Below, one piece after another: positions 1 through 9,846 of a stretch of 64,000 nucleotides of DNA. The stretch is from sequence record PV764602.1; one strand, written 5' to 3'. The notes under the pieces are model-generated. The model was given only the letters and a program-made list of their open reading frames with translations. It ran no database searches and was not told the origin of the DNA. Positions within the stretch are counted from its first letter, which is position 1, and each line of letters starts with the position of its first letter. A program made the position numbers and the translations under genes.

Positions 1-2241
1 ATGACTCAAAACTGTCTGAGTTGCGCGCACTACTTCAAATGCGCGGACCCGAATAAGCAGGCGCGTGGCAGGGAATATTCCTGCCACGCTTGGACAGGTA
101 TCGACTTCTCATCGTCGGGCCTGAGTCTAGAAGCAACGAACGAGTACAAGTCTAAACAAATAGCCTCCACTCTCATTGAGCCTTCGGCCATTGACGAGAC
201 GGAGGCTTTTGCTGCTGAACTCGGCCTAGAAAAGATGTGGGACGAGGTGCTGAACTCCAAGTCTCCGGTCCCGCCCGATCTTGTGGTGGACGACCGTGAC
301 TTCAAGGAATTCGGTAACTTCTTCGACTTCTGTATGGCGAAGGACGGCCTGACCGCAGGCACTCCCTTCCCGAGGCAGCTGTGGCTAATTGCCAATCTCC
401 TAGGCGATGCTTGCGGCAACCCAAAGTGTACGGACCCAAAGTGGTTCGATGTAAACAACATTCCTGTCGGGTTGAAGAACATCTACGACCTGCTGGAAAT
501 GGTGACGTTCTATCAGAACGGTGTCTGTCCGAAGTGTAAGCAGACGCGAGCACAGCAGATTCGCAAGAAGATTGTACGCCGACCTAACGAAGGTTACGCG
601 TGCGTCGGTCAGCGTGCGGGTAAGTCTACCACGCTGTCCATGCTGTCCAGCTATATCCTGCACAAGTACCTCAAGTTGCAGAACCCCACTGCGGTGTTCG
701 GTCTGTTCAAGGGCTCAATCCTGACGGCATCGTTCGTGGCGCTAACCTTCGGTCGTGCGCAAAACCTGCTCTGGAATCCAATCCAGAACATGCTGATGAA
801 CTCCGAGTGGTTCAACAACTACCACTCCATGCTGGATGATGTGAGTGCACGCAAGGGCATCGAACTCTACAAGAAGCCCGGCGGTATCATGTTGCAGTAT
901 CGCCATCGTGACCTTTACCTCGCACCCTCGGGTCCGTCTAAGCGAACGCTGCGTGGTGATACGCGATTCTTCTACGTGGTGGACGAGGCCGGTCTGTTCC
1001 CAATTGACGGTAACGTGGACGACAAGGAACGTATGTCGATCTTTGAAACCCACACGTCGCTAAAGAACTCGACCCTGACCCTCCGAGAAGCCGCACGTCG
1101 TCAGCTGCGCAAGGGCTACAGCAACATCCCGACCGCGTTGGGTGTCTACATTTCCTCGCCAATGTCGCACCGCGATTTCATCATGCGTGGCGTCAAGGAA
1201 AACGTCAGCAACAAGCGCGCGCTGGTTATGCACCTGCCGTCGTGGAAGTTCAACCCCGACCTTAGCGAGAAGTCGCTGCGCCGGGAATTCAAGAACGAGC
1301 CTGTCAAGTTTGAACGAGATTTCGGCGCTAACCCACCGCTGTCTGAGAACCCGTTCTTCGACATTGGCGAGCACCTGCAATCGACGTTTGCCCTCCCGGC
1401 CAACAAGATCGAGTACAAGTACAAGACGTTGAAGGACCCGCGGGCTGCCCTAAAGCAGAAGTGGGCAGAAATCATTACCACACGCAACGTCGGTATGGTG
1501 CCTGTCAGTGCTATGGCACTCGACGCAGGCGAAGTGAACAACTCGTTCTCTATGGCAATCGGGCACGTGGAAACAACGCGAGAGCCGCGACTAGGTTTCG
1601 TGCGTACCGTCAAGGTCACGGGCATCATCGAGGTGGCGCCAAAGGTTCGTGTCTCTGCGATCAACTACAACAGGATCGCCGAGCGCACTCTGTACCCGCT
1701 CATCCAGAAGTTCAACGTAGCCGCGCTGGTTTCGGATAGATGGCAGAACAAGAAGTTCCTGCACGATGCTATGGCGAAGTTCCCCAACTTGTATACGGAG
1801 AACTACAGCCTGACCTATGAGGACATTGTGGAGTTCCGCGATCACCTCATGGACGAACGCCCCGGCATCCTCCTACCTCACCCTGAAATTTCCTTCGAGG
1901 AAATCGACAGGATGGAGACGGCGACGGACTACCCGCACTGCTTCAAGTACAAGCCGGTAGCCCATACGTTCTTCCAGATGCAGACGGTGCAGGATGCTGG
2001 TAACCAAGTGTCCAAGGGCTCAGGTTTCACTGACGATAATCTTCGGGCAGTGTTCCTCCTGTGCAAGTTCCTCCTTGACCCAGTATGGTGTAAGGCCCAC
2101 ATGAAGGGAACCTCCATCCGAGGCTCTGGCGGCATTGGTGCCGTGGCAGGCCGTTCGGGTGCTGTGGCACTCCCTAGAGGGTCCATTATGCAAGCTGGGG
2201 CCTACGCCGCGCTCGGTTCTCGCGGCTTCAAGTTAGGCTAA
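1..2241 (+). CDS. terL: Terminase large subunit
   Basis: Walker A VGQRAGKST, Walker B FYVVDEAG, RNase H-like nuclease MALDAGEVNNSF and late DD; N-terminal Cys pairs; followed by portal-like gene. Confidence 0.9.
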   Translation: MTQNCLSCAHYFKCADPNKQARGREYSCHAWTGIDFSSSGLSLEATNEYKSKQIASTLIEPSAIDETEAFAAELGLEKMWDEVLNSKSPVPPDLVVDDRDFKEFGNFFDFCMAKDGLTAGTPFPRQLWLIANLLGDACGNPKCTDPKWFDVNNIPVGLKNIYDLLEMVTFYQNGVCPKCKQTRAQQIRKKIVRRPNEGYACVGQRAGKSTTLSMLSSYILHKYLKLQNPTAVFGLFKGSILTASFVALTFGRAQNLLWNPIQNMLMNSEWFNNYHSMLDDVSARKGIELYKKPGGIMLQYRHRDLYLAPSGPSKRTLRGDTRFFYVVDEAGLFPIDGNVDDKERMSIFETHTSLKNSTLTLREAARRQLRKGYSNIPTALGVYISSPMSHRDFIMRGVKENVSNKRALVMHLPSWKFNPDLSEKSLRREFKNEPVKFERDFGANPPLSENPFFDIGEHLQSTFALPANKIEYKYKTLKDPRAALKQKWAEIITTRNVGMVPVSAMALDAGEVNNSFSMAIGHVETTREPRLGFVRTVKVTGIIEVAPKVRVSAINYNRIAERTLYPLIQKFNVAALVSDRWQNKKFLHDAMAKFPNLYTENYSLTYEDIVEFRDHLMDERPGILLPHPEISFEEIDRMETATDYPHCFKYKPVAHTFFQMQTVQDAGNQVSKGSGFTDDNLRAVFLLCKFLLDPVWCKAHMKGTSIRGSGGIGAVAGRSGAVALPRGSIMQAGAYAALGSRGFKLG

Positions 2242-2268
2242 TTTTACTCAGTAAACGAGGACAGTTCC

Positions 2269-2529
2269 ATGACCAAAACGATCAATCCTTTCTCCGACCT
2301 TCCTGTGGTCGCTCCTGCGGCTCCGGCTGCTGAAACTGCCACCACCGCGCCGGTCGAGGAAACTGCCACCATCCGCCCCAACAAGCTGGAGACCACCAAC
2401 AGGTGTCCGGTTGATGGGCGTCCTATGCAGCGAGTCATGTGTGGCGTGAAGGGCACCGATACTGAAACCCATGCCTACGCTTGCCTTGAACATCGCGTGT
2501 GCCTGCCGGTACCTAACAGCGAACTCTGA
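2269..2529 (+). CDS. Small Cys/His (Zn-binding-like) protein between terminase and portal
   Basis: RBS GAGG; CPVDG...CLEHRVC. Confidence 0.65.
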   Translation: MTKTINPFSDLPVVAPAAPAAETATTAPVEETATIRPNKLETTNRCPVDGRPMQRVMCGVKGTDTETHAYACLEHRVCLPVPNSEL

Positions 2530-2531
2530 CC

Positions 2532-4370
2532 ATGTTTGATTCTACCAAGCGCATTTCAGTCAAACGGGGCCGGGGCCTCGTCACTGCTGCGCAGATGCCC
2601 TTGATGGGTTCGGGTGGCTTGAGTACCAGCATGGGTACTTACAGCAACCTCAACGTAAGTGCGATCAGCACTTTCTTCCAGCGCAGCGAAACCCTGCTCC
2701 GAGGCATCGCTGACGAACAGGAATTGGCGTTCCGTACTTTCTACCGCGACATATACAGGTACGACGTTGTTGCTGGTACTGCGGTCGAAATGATGAGCGT
2801 GCTTCCGTTCTCGGACTTCACCTTGCAGGGTGGTACGCCGAAACAGTTGGAGGTGTTCAACCGCAACATCGACAACCTCGGTATGCGCACGCTCTTCCCC
2901 CAGCTGAGTGTAGACTACTACGTCTCCGGGCGTAGCATTTCGAGCATGCTGTACGACAACGACAAGAAGGTCTTCACCGATCTAATGTCGCACAACCCTG
3001 ACAACGCAGAGATTACCCCGAATCCTCTGTACGATCAGGAACCTCGTATCAAGTGTCGTGTCGACCCCGAGCTACGCCAGTTCCTAGACTCCCGTGATCC
3101 TTACTTCACGAAGCTCAAGGAGCGCATGCCGGAGAGTGTGTTGCATGCACTCAAGAACAGCCATGTGGTTCTCGATCCGCTGACTACCTTGTTCCTGCCG
3201 CGTGCTCTGACCCCTCGGTCTACTGGTACGTCGCTGTACCGCCGTCTGATTCCGATCTACCTGCTGGAGAAGGTGCTGTATCGCGGTACCATCACTGAGG
3301 CGGCTCGCCGTCAGCGTGCTATCGGTCACATCATGGCAGGCTCGCAGTATTGGGAACCACAGGACGCTGACTTGCAGAACCTGCTGGCCATGTTCCAGCA
3401 AGCGGACCTCGACCCTAACGGTGCCATGATCGCTACGCGTAACGACGTGCAGTATCAGGACATTCGACCGGGTGGCGACTTCTGGAAGTGGACGGACACT
3501 GCGGAGCAGCTGACGCCGTTCAAGATGCGCGCACTGGGAATCAATGACGCGCTGCTGTCGGGTGAAGCGAACATCAGCACACAGGAAGCATCGCTGTCTC
3601 TGTTCCTTGAACAGTTGCGTACCTACCGAGACTACGCTACTCGCCGCACGTTCTACGACCGCATCTTCCCGATGATTAGTATCGTCAATGGGTTCAAGCC
3701 GTCCAAGCATGAAGAGTCCAAGATTCTGACCGAGACGGCCAATGGCAACATTGACCAGCTGGACGAAGAGACGGAAGACGCAATCATCTTCCACCAGCTG
3801 GGCGACCATAACGTGCTGATTCCCCAAGTGCGTTGGCACAAGCAGCTGCGCCCCGAGGCTGACCGTGAGCACCTTGACGTGCTGAACACGATGGCTGAAC
3901 GTGGCGTGCCTGTGGGCCTTCGGACTTGGGCTGCTGCCGGTGGCCTCGACCTCGACAAGGAAGTGAAGGAACTGGAGAACGACATTCAGATCCGAAAGAA
4001 GATTCAGTCGATTACGGGTGTGCTAGGCAACCAAGGTCAGCAGCAGGATGAAGGCCCTGACGACAGCTATCAGGGTTCGGAAGCTCAGGCACACGTCGCT
4101 GCTATCGTGGATAGCATGAGTGATACCGAAATCGCTGCTGCCGTTCGCATGCAGACTGGTCAGTACCGGGTACCCATCCTCGCACGTGACTTCGGCGGTG
4201 CATCTGAGATTATCGGCACCAGCCGTACTGGCAAGCCCAAGGCAGTGCTCAATCAGGCCCGGGCCAACCGCCAGTACAACGAACAGATGGCAACTGTTAT
4301 TGGACGCCTTACCAACGCGGATCACTTCGCAAAGGTGCTGGCAGATGCAAAGACTAAGGGAGTCCCCTAA
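2532..4370 (+). CDS. Putative portal protein
   Basis: 612 aa directly after terL; helical segment KMRALGINDALLSG...F...L...R resembles portal stem; synteny-based. Confidence 0.65.
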   Translation: MFDSTKRISVKRGRGLVTAAQMPLMGSGGLSTSMGTYSNLNVSAISTFFQRSETLLRGIADEQELAFRTFYRDIYRYDVVAGTAVEMMSVLPFSDFTLQGGTPKQLEVFNRNIDNLGMRTLFPQLSVDYYVSGRSISSMLYDNDKKVFTDLMSHNPDNAEITPNPLYDQEPRIKCRVDPELRQFLDSRDPYFTKLKERMPESVLHALKNSHVVLDPLTTLFLPRALTPRSTGTSLYRRLIPIYLLEKVLYRGTITEAARRQRAIGHIMAGSQYWEPQDADLQNLLAMFQQADLDPNGAMIATRNDVQYQDIRPGGDFWKWTDTAEQLTPFKMRALGINDALLSGEANISTQEASLSLFLEQLRTYRDYATRRTFYDRIFPMISIVNGFKPSKHEESKILTETANGNIDQLDEETEDAIIFHQLGDHNVLIPQVRWHKQLRPEADREHLDVLNTMAERGVPVGLRTWAAAGGLDLDKEVKELENDIQIRKKIQSITGVLGNQGQQQDEGPDDSYQGSEAQAHVAAIVDSMSDTEIAAAVRMQTGQYRVPILARDFGGASEIIGTSRTGKPKAVLNQARANRQYNEQMATVIGRLTNADHFAKVLADAKTKGVP

Positions 4371-4399
4371 CCGGGCTCCCTACCATTGAGGTATCACAG

Positions 4400-5206
4400 A
4401 TGAGTAACCGCATTCTACTGGAAACGGCAGGCATCGAGCACATCGACCTGACTCCGACTACGATCAATCCACTTGACATGCACAAGATGCTCAAGCGGAA
4501 AGACATTGTGAACAACGGCGCCAACGGCCTTGTGGTAGCCTCGGCTATTAGCTCGGACGTTCCGCAGGGTGAGACGCTGGACGTTACCAACTGGCTGCCA
4601 AGTGCTGCCAAGGTATACAACATCAGCCCGAACATTGACGACTACCTGATGGTCCCCGTGTTCACCATTCCCTCGGAGCTGCCGAACCGTAACGGCGTTG
4701 GCTTCCCGCTGGAAGAACTGGTAGCGTTCTCTCCCGAAGACGGCATGCAGTATTACAAGACGTTCAAGGGTAAGCCGACTCACTACGAGCATGCTAACAA
4801 AGACTACACGATTGCCAAGGGCGTGATTGCGGACGTGTACCTGCGTAGGCTGGATGGCTGGAGCCAGAACAAAATCTACAAGATGGTTGAGCTACTCATG
4901 TTCGACCGCACCCGTGACGTTGACCTGTGCAACGACATTCTCAAGGGAAGGATCAACGCCTATTCGATGGGCGCATACGTGGGCGGGTACACCTGCTCCA
5001 TGTGTGGCGGCTTGATGGGTACGTGTAGCCATCTGCACCCGGACAAGAAGCTCGACTTCTACAAGCTGGGTAATCACCTTGTCTACCGCCGTGTCAAGAA
5101 GCCTCGCGGCTTTGAAACGAGCGCTGTCGGAACCCCTGCGTACAGCGTAGCGGCGCAAGATACGGTGATCCCCATCAACAACTCCGAAACATTGATTACG
5201 CGATAA
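4400..5206 (+). CDS. Putative prohead (maturation) protease
   Basis: After portal; NRNG.GF..EEL, F.GKPT.YEH, SMG and CS.CG..CSH motifs as in large-phage head proteases. Confidence 0.55.
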   Translation: MSNRILLETAGIEHIDLTPTTINPLDMHKMLKRKDIVNNGANGLVVASAISSDVPQGETLDVTNWLPSAAKVYNISPNIDDYLMVPVFTIPSELPNRNGVGFPLEELVAFSPEDGMQYYKTFKGKPTHYEHANKDYTIAKGVIADVYLRRLDGWSQNKIYKMVELLMFDRTRDVDLCNDILKGRINAYSMGAYVGGYTCSMCGGLMGTCSHLHPDKKLDFYKLGNHLVYRRVKKPRGFETSAVGTPAYSVAAQDTVIPINNSETLITR

Positions 5207-5210
5207 CCAA

Positions 5211-5244
5211 GAGGGGCGTCTGCTTACGGGCAGCGCCCCTCTTT
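5211..5244 (+). terminator. Rho-independent terminator
   Basis: GAGGGGCG-TCTGC/GCAG-CGCCCCTC stem followed by TTT. Confidence 0.75.
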
Positions 5245-5247
5245 GCG

Positions 5248-5266
5248 TTTTGGCATCCTGTAAATA
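5248..5266 (+). promoter_or_regulatory. Half-operator TTTTGGCA fused to ATCCTGTAAATA box
   Basis: Exact 12-mer repeated elsewhere; intergenic, just after a terminator. Confidence 0.7.
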
Positions 5267-5295
5267 ACCCCTGACGACCTAGGGATTTTTCTACT

Positions 5296-5715
5296 ATGGA
5301 TTTGACTGTCGAACTTACTACTGAGCCCTCCCGAAAACCATTCAACGGACCTGTCCAAACGGAGACGTGGTGCTCAGATGGAGTTCCGGTGGTAGTGGTT
5401 TGGTACGCCACCCACCAATATGACGGGAAGTGGTGGGCAATCGTGACGGACATTGAACTTCCGAAACGATTCAAGCGCTTCCCTCGCGCAGTCCTGCACG
5501 AACTACTGCGCCATGCTATCAACGCGCTAGGCACTGAGTACCCCGTGCTCTACCCCTGCGCCCGTAAATTGCTGCGCCGAGTTGAACCGCTCTACATGCG
5601 CAGTCTCATTCAAGGCTACAAGCTCGGCATGCAATACCTCAAGTTTTCGCCGAATGGTAGCAAGCATCCATTTATGATTCTGAGAGAAGCCAATGATTCG
5701 CAATCCAGTGTTTGA
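5296..5715 (+). CDS. Hypothetical protein
   Basis: ORF 30 nt after ATCCTGTAAATA box. Confidence 0.6.
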   Translation: MDLTVELTTEPSRKPFNGPVQTETWCSDGVPVVVVWYATHQYDGKWWAIVTDIELPKRFKRFPRAVLHELLRHAINALGTEYPVLYPCARKLLRRVEPLYMRSLIQGYKLGMQYLKFSPNGSKHPFMILREANDSQSSV

Positions 5716-6205
5716 CCTATTCGATCTTGCTCCACACCACTCCACGCTCAAGTGGCTTGAAGAAGAACTGGAAGTCAGCGAAGCGACTGCTGATGATACC
5801 GATGAGTTCGATCAGAAGCGCTTGATCCATCTGCGCCGCCTACGCGATTTGGTTGCGGCCCTTCCGCTGGCAGCTACCCGCTATCAGCAGTCCCTGCGAG
5901 AAATGGAAGCTGCGCACTCGGAAGCAGTGTCCCTCAACAAGGTTGTGATGGATGGCCTTGCGAACACGCCGGGTGTTAGCTATGAGTTCGTGATCCACAA
6001 TGGAGAGCCGGTGTTGAAGGTGGTGCCGCGTGCTCTTGAGTACACCGTGGCGATGGGCGAAGCAGGCGACAACTACATTCGGTCTGTGGCTTTCCAAGGG
6101 AAGTTCACCCTGCCTCACTCTTTCCGGTGGCATGCTCTTTGGGAAGCCATGCAAGCTGTAGCCTTGAATCCAACTGTTGAGTACGCCGATGGCCAAGCAA
6201 CCTGA
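5693..6205 (+). CDS. Hypothetical protein
   Basis: Overlapping co-directional ORF. Confidence 0.6.
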   Translation: MIRNPVFDLFDLAPHHSTLKWLEEELEVSEATADDTDEFDQKRLIHLRRLRDLVAALPLAATRYQQSLREMEAAHSEAVSLNKVVMDGLANTPGVSYEFVIHNGEPVLKVVPRALEYTVAMGEAGDNYIRSVAFQGKFTLPHSFRWHALWEAMQAVALNPTVEYADGQAT

Positions 6206-6782
6206 ACCTGCCAAGCCGGAAGTAGACATTACCCCAACGGACGCCAAGAAGTATCCGGGTACGTGGCCGTGTACGATCCCTGCACCTCGCCATTATCCGT
6301 TCTCCAAGCACACCAAGTTGAGCACGAAGATGCGCGTGCTGATCCTGCCCGGGCGCATCGAATACGATCCTGCAATGGCGGACATTGAGGCTGAGGTCAG
6401 CGGCCTTGCACGCAAGAACGACGTAACATTGGTGGCTCACGACTACTACCGAGGTGCTTGCGAAATCATGGCACGGCGTCTCGGGCTAGACTACATGGTC
6501 ATCAACGTGGACAACGATGATGGTAGGACTCTGCCAACCACGGTAGCACGGGACATACTCAACACTAGCGTATCCGCGCGCCGACGCGTCCTGAGTAAAT
6601 CCGATCTTGTGCTGGCGGTCACGGATAGTCCGTTCCTCGCCGCCCTTAGCAAGACCAATGCCAAGCGCAAGTCTCCCCTCACGGTCAAGACCTTCCGGGC
6701 CAAGTACCACGATTACATTGACGCGAAGGTTAACGCCGTACCTACCACAACTCCCAAGAAGAAGCGCAAGAAAAAGTCATGA
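6189..6782 (+). CDS. Hypothetical protein, possibly divergent SLOG-like fold, Lys-rich tail
   Basis: VTLV..DYYRGACEIMARR..G....I; SDLVLAV pattern loosely like YspA/SLOG. Confidence 0.45.
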   Translation: MAKQPEPAKPEVDITPTDAKKYPGTWPCTIPAPRHYPFSKHTKLSTKMRVLILPGRIEYDPAMADIEAEVSGLARKNDVTLVAHDYYRGACEIMARRLGLDYMVINVDNDDGRTLPTTVARDILNTSVSARRRVLSKSDLVLAVTDSPFLAALSKTNAKRKSPLTVKTFRAKYHDYIDAKVNAVPTTTPKKKRKKKS

Positions 6783-6979
6783 GCGATTCCGAACTGTCTC
6801 CGTTCTTGGCCCGCAACAGGCCGTACACCCCAACTCCTGAACAGCGGGCAGCGATGGATCGCAGCAAGAAATTCCATGATCCCCTCCGAGTGCAGAATGG
6901 CGCTCTGATTGGTGAAGGCTCTACCAGTCAGCGCTTGGACGAACTCTTACCCTACGGGTCTAGACTCATAAAGGCATAG
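6779..6979 (+). CDS. Hypothetical protein
   Basis: ATGA overlap with upstream gene. Confidence 0.5.
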   Translation: MSDSELSPFLARNRPYTPTPEQRAAMDRSKKFHDPLRVQNGALIGEGSTSQRLDELLPYGSRLIKA

Positions 6980-7239
6980 TGATGACGATCCCACACCACA
7001 CTAGGAAAGACCCTCCCTCGTACAACCCGGTTCTGATCGTGCTGATCTTGGCTCTAATCGCAGTCATCGTTTACGGCACCTTCATCAAGGAACGGAACGA
7101 GGCGCGTCTCAACGAGCACAACAGCCAGCTGTATTCGGAGCTGTGTAAGAAGCAGGGTGGCAACCCTCTGTACGCAAACGACCCTGACCATCGTACTTGC
7201 TTGGTCGGCAACACTCCCATCAACGTAATCCAGCCATGA
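6979..7239 (+). CDS. Single-pass membrane protein
   Basis: Hydrophobic VLIVLILALIAVIVYGTFI. Confidence 0.6.
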   Translation: MMTIPHHTRKDPPSYNPVLIVLILALIAVIVYGTFIKERNEARLNEHNSQLYSELCKKQGGNPLYANDPDHRTCLVGNTPINVIQP

Positions 7240-8171
7240 CTCTCGACCTGACCTACCCCAAGTGGTTCGCTCCCATTGAGGAGCAGATTCGTCACGAACG
7301 TGACACCTTCCGATACGATCAATGCGTTGCCGTTCGCAGTCCCTTTGGCGAATACGAGCGCGGCCTCGCTAGCATCTTCGGGCACGGTGATCCTGTCCCT
7401 GATCGTACTGGCACCGGCACCCTGTCGCAGTTCTGCCATCAGATGCGATTCAACATGCACCCGCATACGGTGCTTGACAGTAGCAGTCCTTACTTCGGTC
7501 AGAGCCTGCCGGTGTACCCACTGGTCACCACGAAGAAGGTGCACTTCAAGTCGGTGTTCCATGAACTGATTTGGATGCTCAAGGGCCTGACCAACATCAA
7601 GTACCTTACCGACAACAAGGTCACGATTTGGGATGAGTGGGCAGACGAGAATGGCGACCTCGGTCCTGTGTACGGCAAGCAGTGGCGTGATTTCGCTGGT
7701 GTCGATCAAATCACGGAAGTGCTGGCAGAAATGAAGCGCAACCCGTACAGCCGCCGACTGGTCATCAGCGCGTGGAATCCGCAGGACTTGCCGGAAATGA
7801 AGTTGCAGCCGTGCCACATCCTGTTCCAGTTCATCGTGCGCAACGGTCGAATGAACTGCCACTTCTTCATGAGGTCGAATGACGCCTTCCTCGGAACGCC
7901 CTTCAACATCGCACAGTATGCGCTGCTGAATGCGTTGGTCGCCAAGACTATCGGTGTGCAGCCGGGTGAGCTTGTGCTGTCGGTGACTGACTTCCACCTG
8001 TACTCGAATCATCTGTCTCTGGCCAAGATGCAGCTGACCCGCGAGCCGTATCCCTATCCCTTCATCAACATCAAGACCGCTCGGGACAACCTGTGGGATT
8101 ACAAGTTTGATGACGTGGAAATCATCGGCTACAAGTCGCACCCTGCAATCAAGGCGGACGTTGCGGTATGA
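7236..8171 (+). CDS. thyA: Thymidylate synthase
   Basis: LQPCH catalytic Cys, RSND, LGTPFN (Asn, dUMP-type), DFHLYSNH, YGKQWR; start set at ATG 7236. Confidence 0.97.
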   Translation: MTLDLTYPKWFAPIEEQIRHERDTFRYDQCVAVRSPFGEYERGLASIFGHGDPVPDRTGTGTLSQFCHQMRFNMHPHTVLDSSSPYFGQSLPVYPLVTTKKVHFKSVFHELIWMLKGLTNIKYLTDNKVTIWDEWADENGDLGPVYGKQWRDFAGVDQITEVLAEMKRNPYSRRLVISAWNPQDLPEMKLQPCHILFQFIVRNGRMNCHFFMRSNDAFLGTPFNIAQYALLNALVAKTIGVQPGELVLSVTDFHLYSNHLSLAKMQLTREPYPYPFINIKTARDNLWDYKFDDVEIIGYKSHPAIKADVAV

Positions 8172-8482
8172 CGGCAGTTCTCACTGAACTGGACACCCGA
8201 CTGGCTGAGGCAGGAATCACCCTGTCTCAGTTCGCACAGCGCATTGGCATTCCCGAGCAGGCTATCCATGCCAACATCGGGAAGGGCTGGTGCATGATTG
8301 ACCCCTTGATGGCCGCTGCCTTCGCCCGATATTGGGGAACCACCCCTGACTTCTGGCTCGGTATCAGTCATCAGCAGAACGTAGAGCGTGCTCGGGAAAT
8401 CCTCCCGAGGATGACCTTCCCTGACCACACAACTTTGTTGAGCGGGCCGCCATGCGATTTCGTAGACATCAAGATCGGTTAA
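8168..8482 (+). CDS. HigA-like XRE helix-turn-helix protein (orphan antitoxin-like)
   Basis: ITLSQFAQRIGI...MAAAFARYWGTTPDFWLG matches the HigA pattern. Confidence 0.7.
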   Translation: MTAVLTELDTRLAEAGITLSQFAQRIGIPEQAIHANIGKGWCMIDPLMAAAFARYWGTTPDFWLGISHQQNVERAREILPRMTFPDHTTLLSGPPCDFVDIKIG

Positions 8483-8814
8483 CTGCGGAAGTCCCTTGTC
8501 CAACCACCCACGATGGATTCGCCCGTGTATTCAGCGAGTTCATGCACGAAAGCCTCAAACACTACCTTCGGGAAGTCGCATTTCCTGCCGCCAATTTCAG
8601 TATGCGCAACCGTGTGTTTGCCAACGAGCATGACGCCCTTGGCAACTCCGCGAATCTACAACGAACATTGATTCAGACAGTGACCTACGAGTGCCCATCC
8701 CTATCGGCCTCAACAGTCATCTACGAATTGGTCCTTACTCCCACTGGCAAGAAGACGGGATGGAAAGGATGGTTGCATGATCGCACACATAAAGGAGAAA
8801 CGGTAGCCGCATAA
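8452..8814 (+). CDS. Hypothetical protein (start uncertain)
   Basis: Only + ORF filling the gap. Confidence 0.4.
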   Translation: MRFRRHQDRLTAEVPCPTTHDGFARVFSEFMHESLKHYLREVAFPAANFSMRNRVFANEHDALGNSANLQRTLIQTVTYECPSLSASTVIYELVLTPTGKKTGWKGWLHDRTHKGETVAA

Positions 8815-8848
8815 CTCCAGACAGGATTGTCGCTAACCGGTACCCATA

Positions 8849-9844
8849 ATGAAAAAATTCACCGCACCTCCTGACAATACTTGGGTGCAGCGACAGTTGT
8901 TCTCTTGGTGGAAGGAAGCAATCGACCACGGTGGCATGGACCCCGTGGATCAATCACGTAACGAATTCCTGCGACCTTCCGCCCTCCCTTTCTGTCCCCT
9001 CAAAGTCGGCTACAATCGTGTGGTCAATGGCGTGGAGACAGAGCGTTACTCCAGCTTCAACGAAAGCTTCTACACCTCCATCGGTACAGCGGTTCACGAA
9101 CTCTTGCAGAACTTCGTGGGCCGTTTGGCCGTTTCCAAAGGCGTAGAACTCAAGGTTGAGACACTAGGCCATTGGCACTGCAAGGCATGCGGTCGGAAGC
9201 GTAGATTCACCATCTACAAGCCATGCAAGTGCGGAGGCACGCCCGAGTACGAGGAAATCTCTATCCACTGGCGTACCACCGTTGGCCACATCGACAAGGT
9301 GATCCGGGTGGGCAACTGCCTCTTCATTCTTGACTACAAGACCACGGGCTCTATGGCGATACGCAAGCATCGCGCTGGCGCTCCTGCTGGTGAGCCTTAC
9401 TTCCCATACCCAGCCAACCGCGCGCAGATCATGCGTTACGTCGGTCTGTTTGAAAAGGTGTTCGCCAAGGAGTTTGAACCCGGCGGTCGCTTTGAAGGCA
9501 CTACGGTCATGGGCGCAATCTTGGCTTACGTGAGCCGCGAGACTGTCCGTGACGTGGCGTTCGTGTACTTGCCCGCTACGCGTAAGCGCAAGAAGAAGGA
9601 ATATCGGAAGGCAGTGCGCGACGATGCACTGTTCGTCACGATGAAGGAAGCTGTAGCCAAGCGTTCCAAGAAACTCTTCATCGAGTTGATCGAGGAAAAG
9701 CCCTGCGCTGATCGGGATGACTACGATCAGAAGATGCACAGCAGATACGATGAGTGTCCGTTAGTCAACGTATGCTTTAGACGCCGACAATTGCTCAAAC
9801 AAATCGACAAGGCCCTAAAGGGTCAGATCAAACCCAAGGACTAA
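8849..9844 (+). CDS. Cas4-like PD-(D/E)XK exonuclease
   Basis: PSALPFCPLK, GTAVH, GHID, ILDYKT, QIMRY, C-terminal C...CP...C (Fe-S-type Cys set). Confidence 0.8.
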   Translation: MKKFTAPPDNTWVQRQLFSWWKEAIDHGGMDPVDQSRNEFLRPSALPFCPLKVGYNRVVNGVETERYSSFNESFYTSIGTAVHELLQNFVGRLAVSKGVELKVETLGHWHCKACGRKRRFTIYKPCKCGGTPEYEEISIHWRTTVGHIDKVIRVGNCLFILDYKTTGSMAIRKHRAGAPAGEPYFPYPANRAQIMRYVGLFEKVFAKEFEPGGRFEGTTVMGAILAYVSRETVRDVAFVYLPATRKRKKKEYRKAVRDDALFVTMKEAVAKRSKKLFIELIEEKPCADRDDYDQKMHSRYDECPLVNVCFRRRQLLKQIDKALKGQIKPKD

Positions 9845-9846
9845 CA

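Noticed and set aside
2238-2250. CTAATTT before the portal operon and before the ART (about 40957) as a late promoter
   Set aside because: Only two 7-mer occurrences noted, which is compatible with chance
1-8171. Inteins or group I introns in terL and thyA
   Set aside because: Both ORFs are continuous and of ordinary length, with no splicing or homing-endonuclease motifs
7236-8171. ThyA as a dCMP/dUMP hydroxymethylase for pyrimidine hypermodification
   Set aside because: Retains the Asn of PFN and all canonical thymidylate synthase motifs
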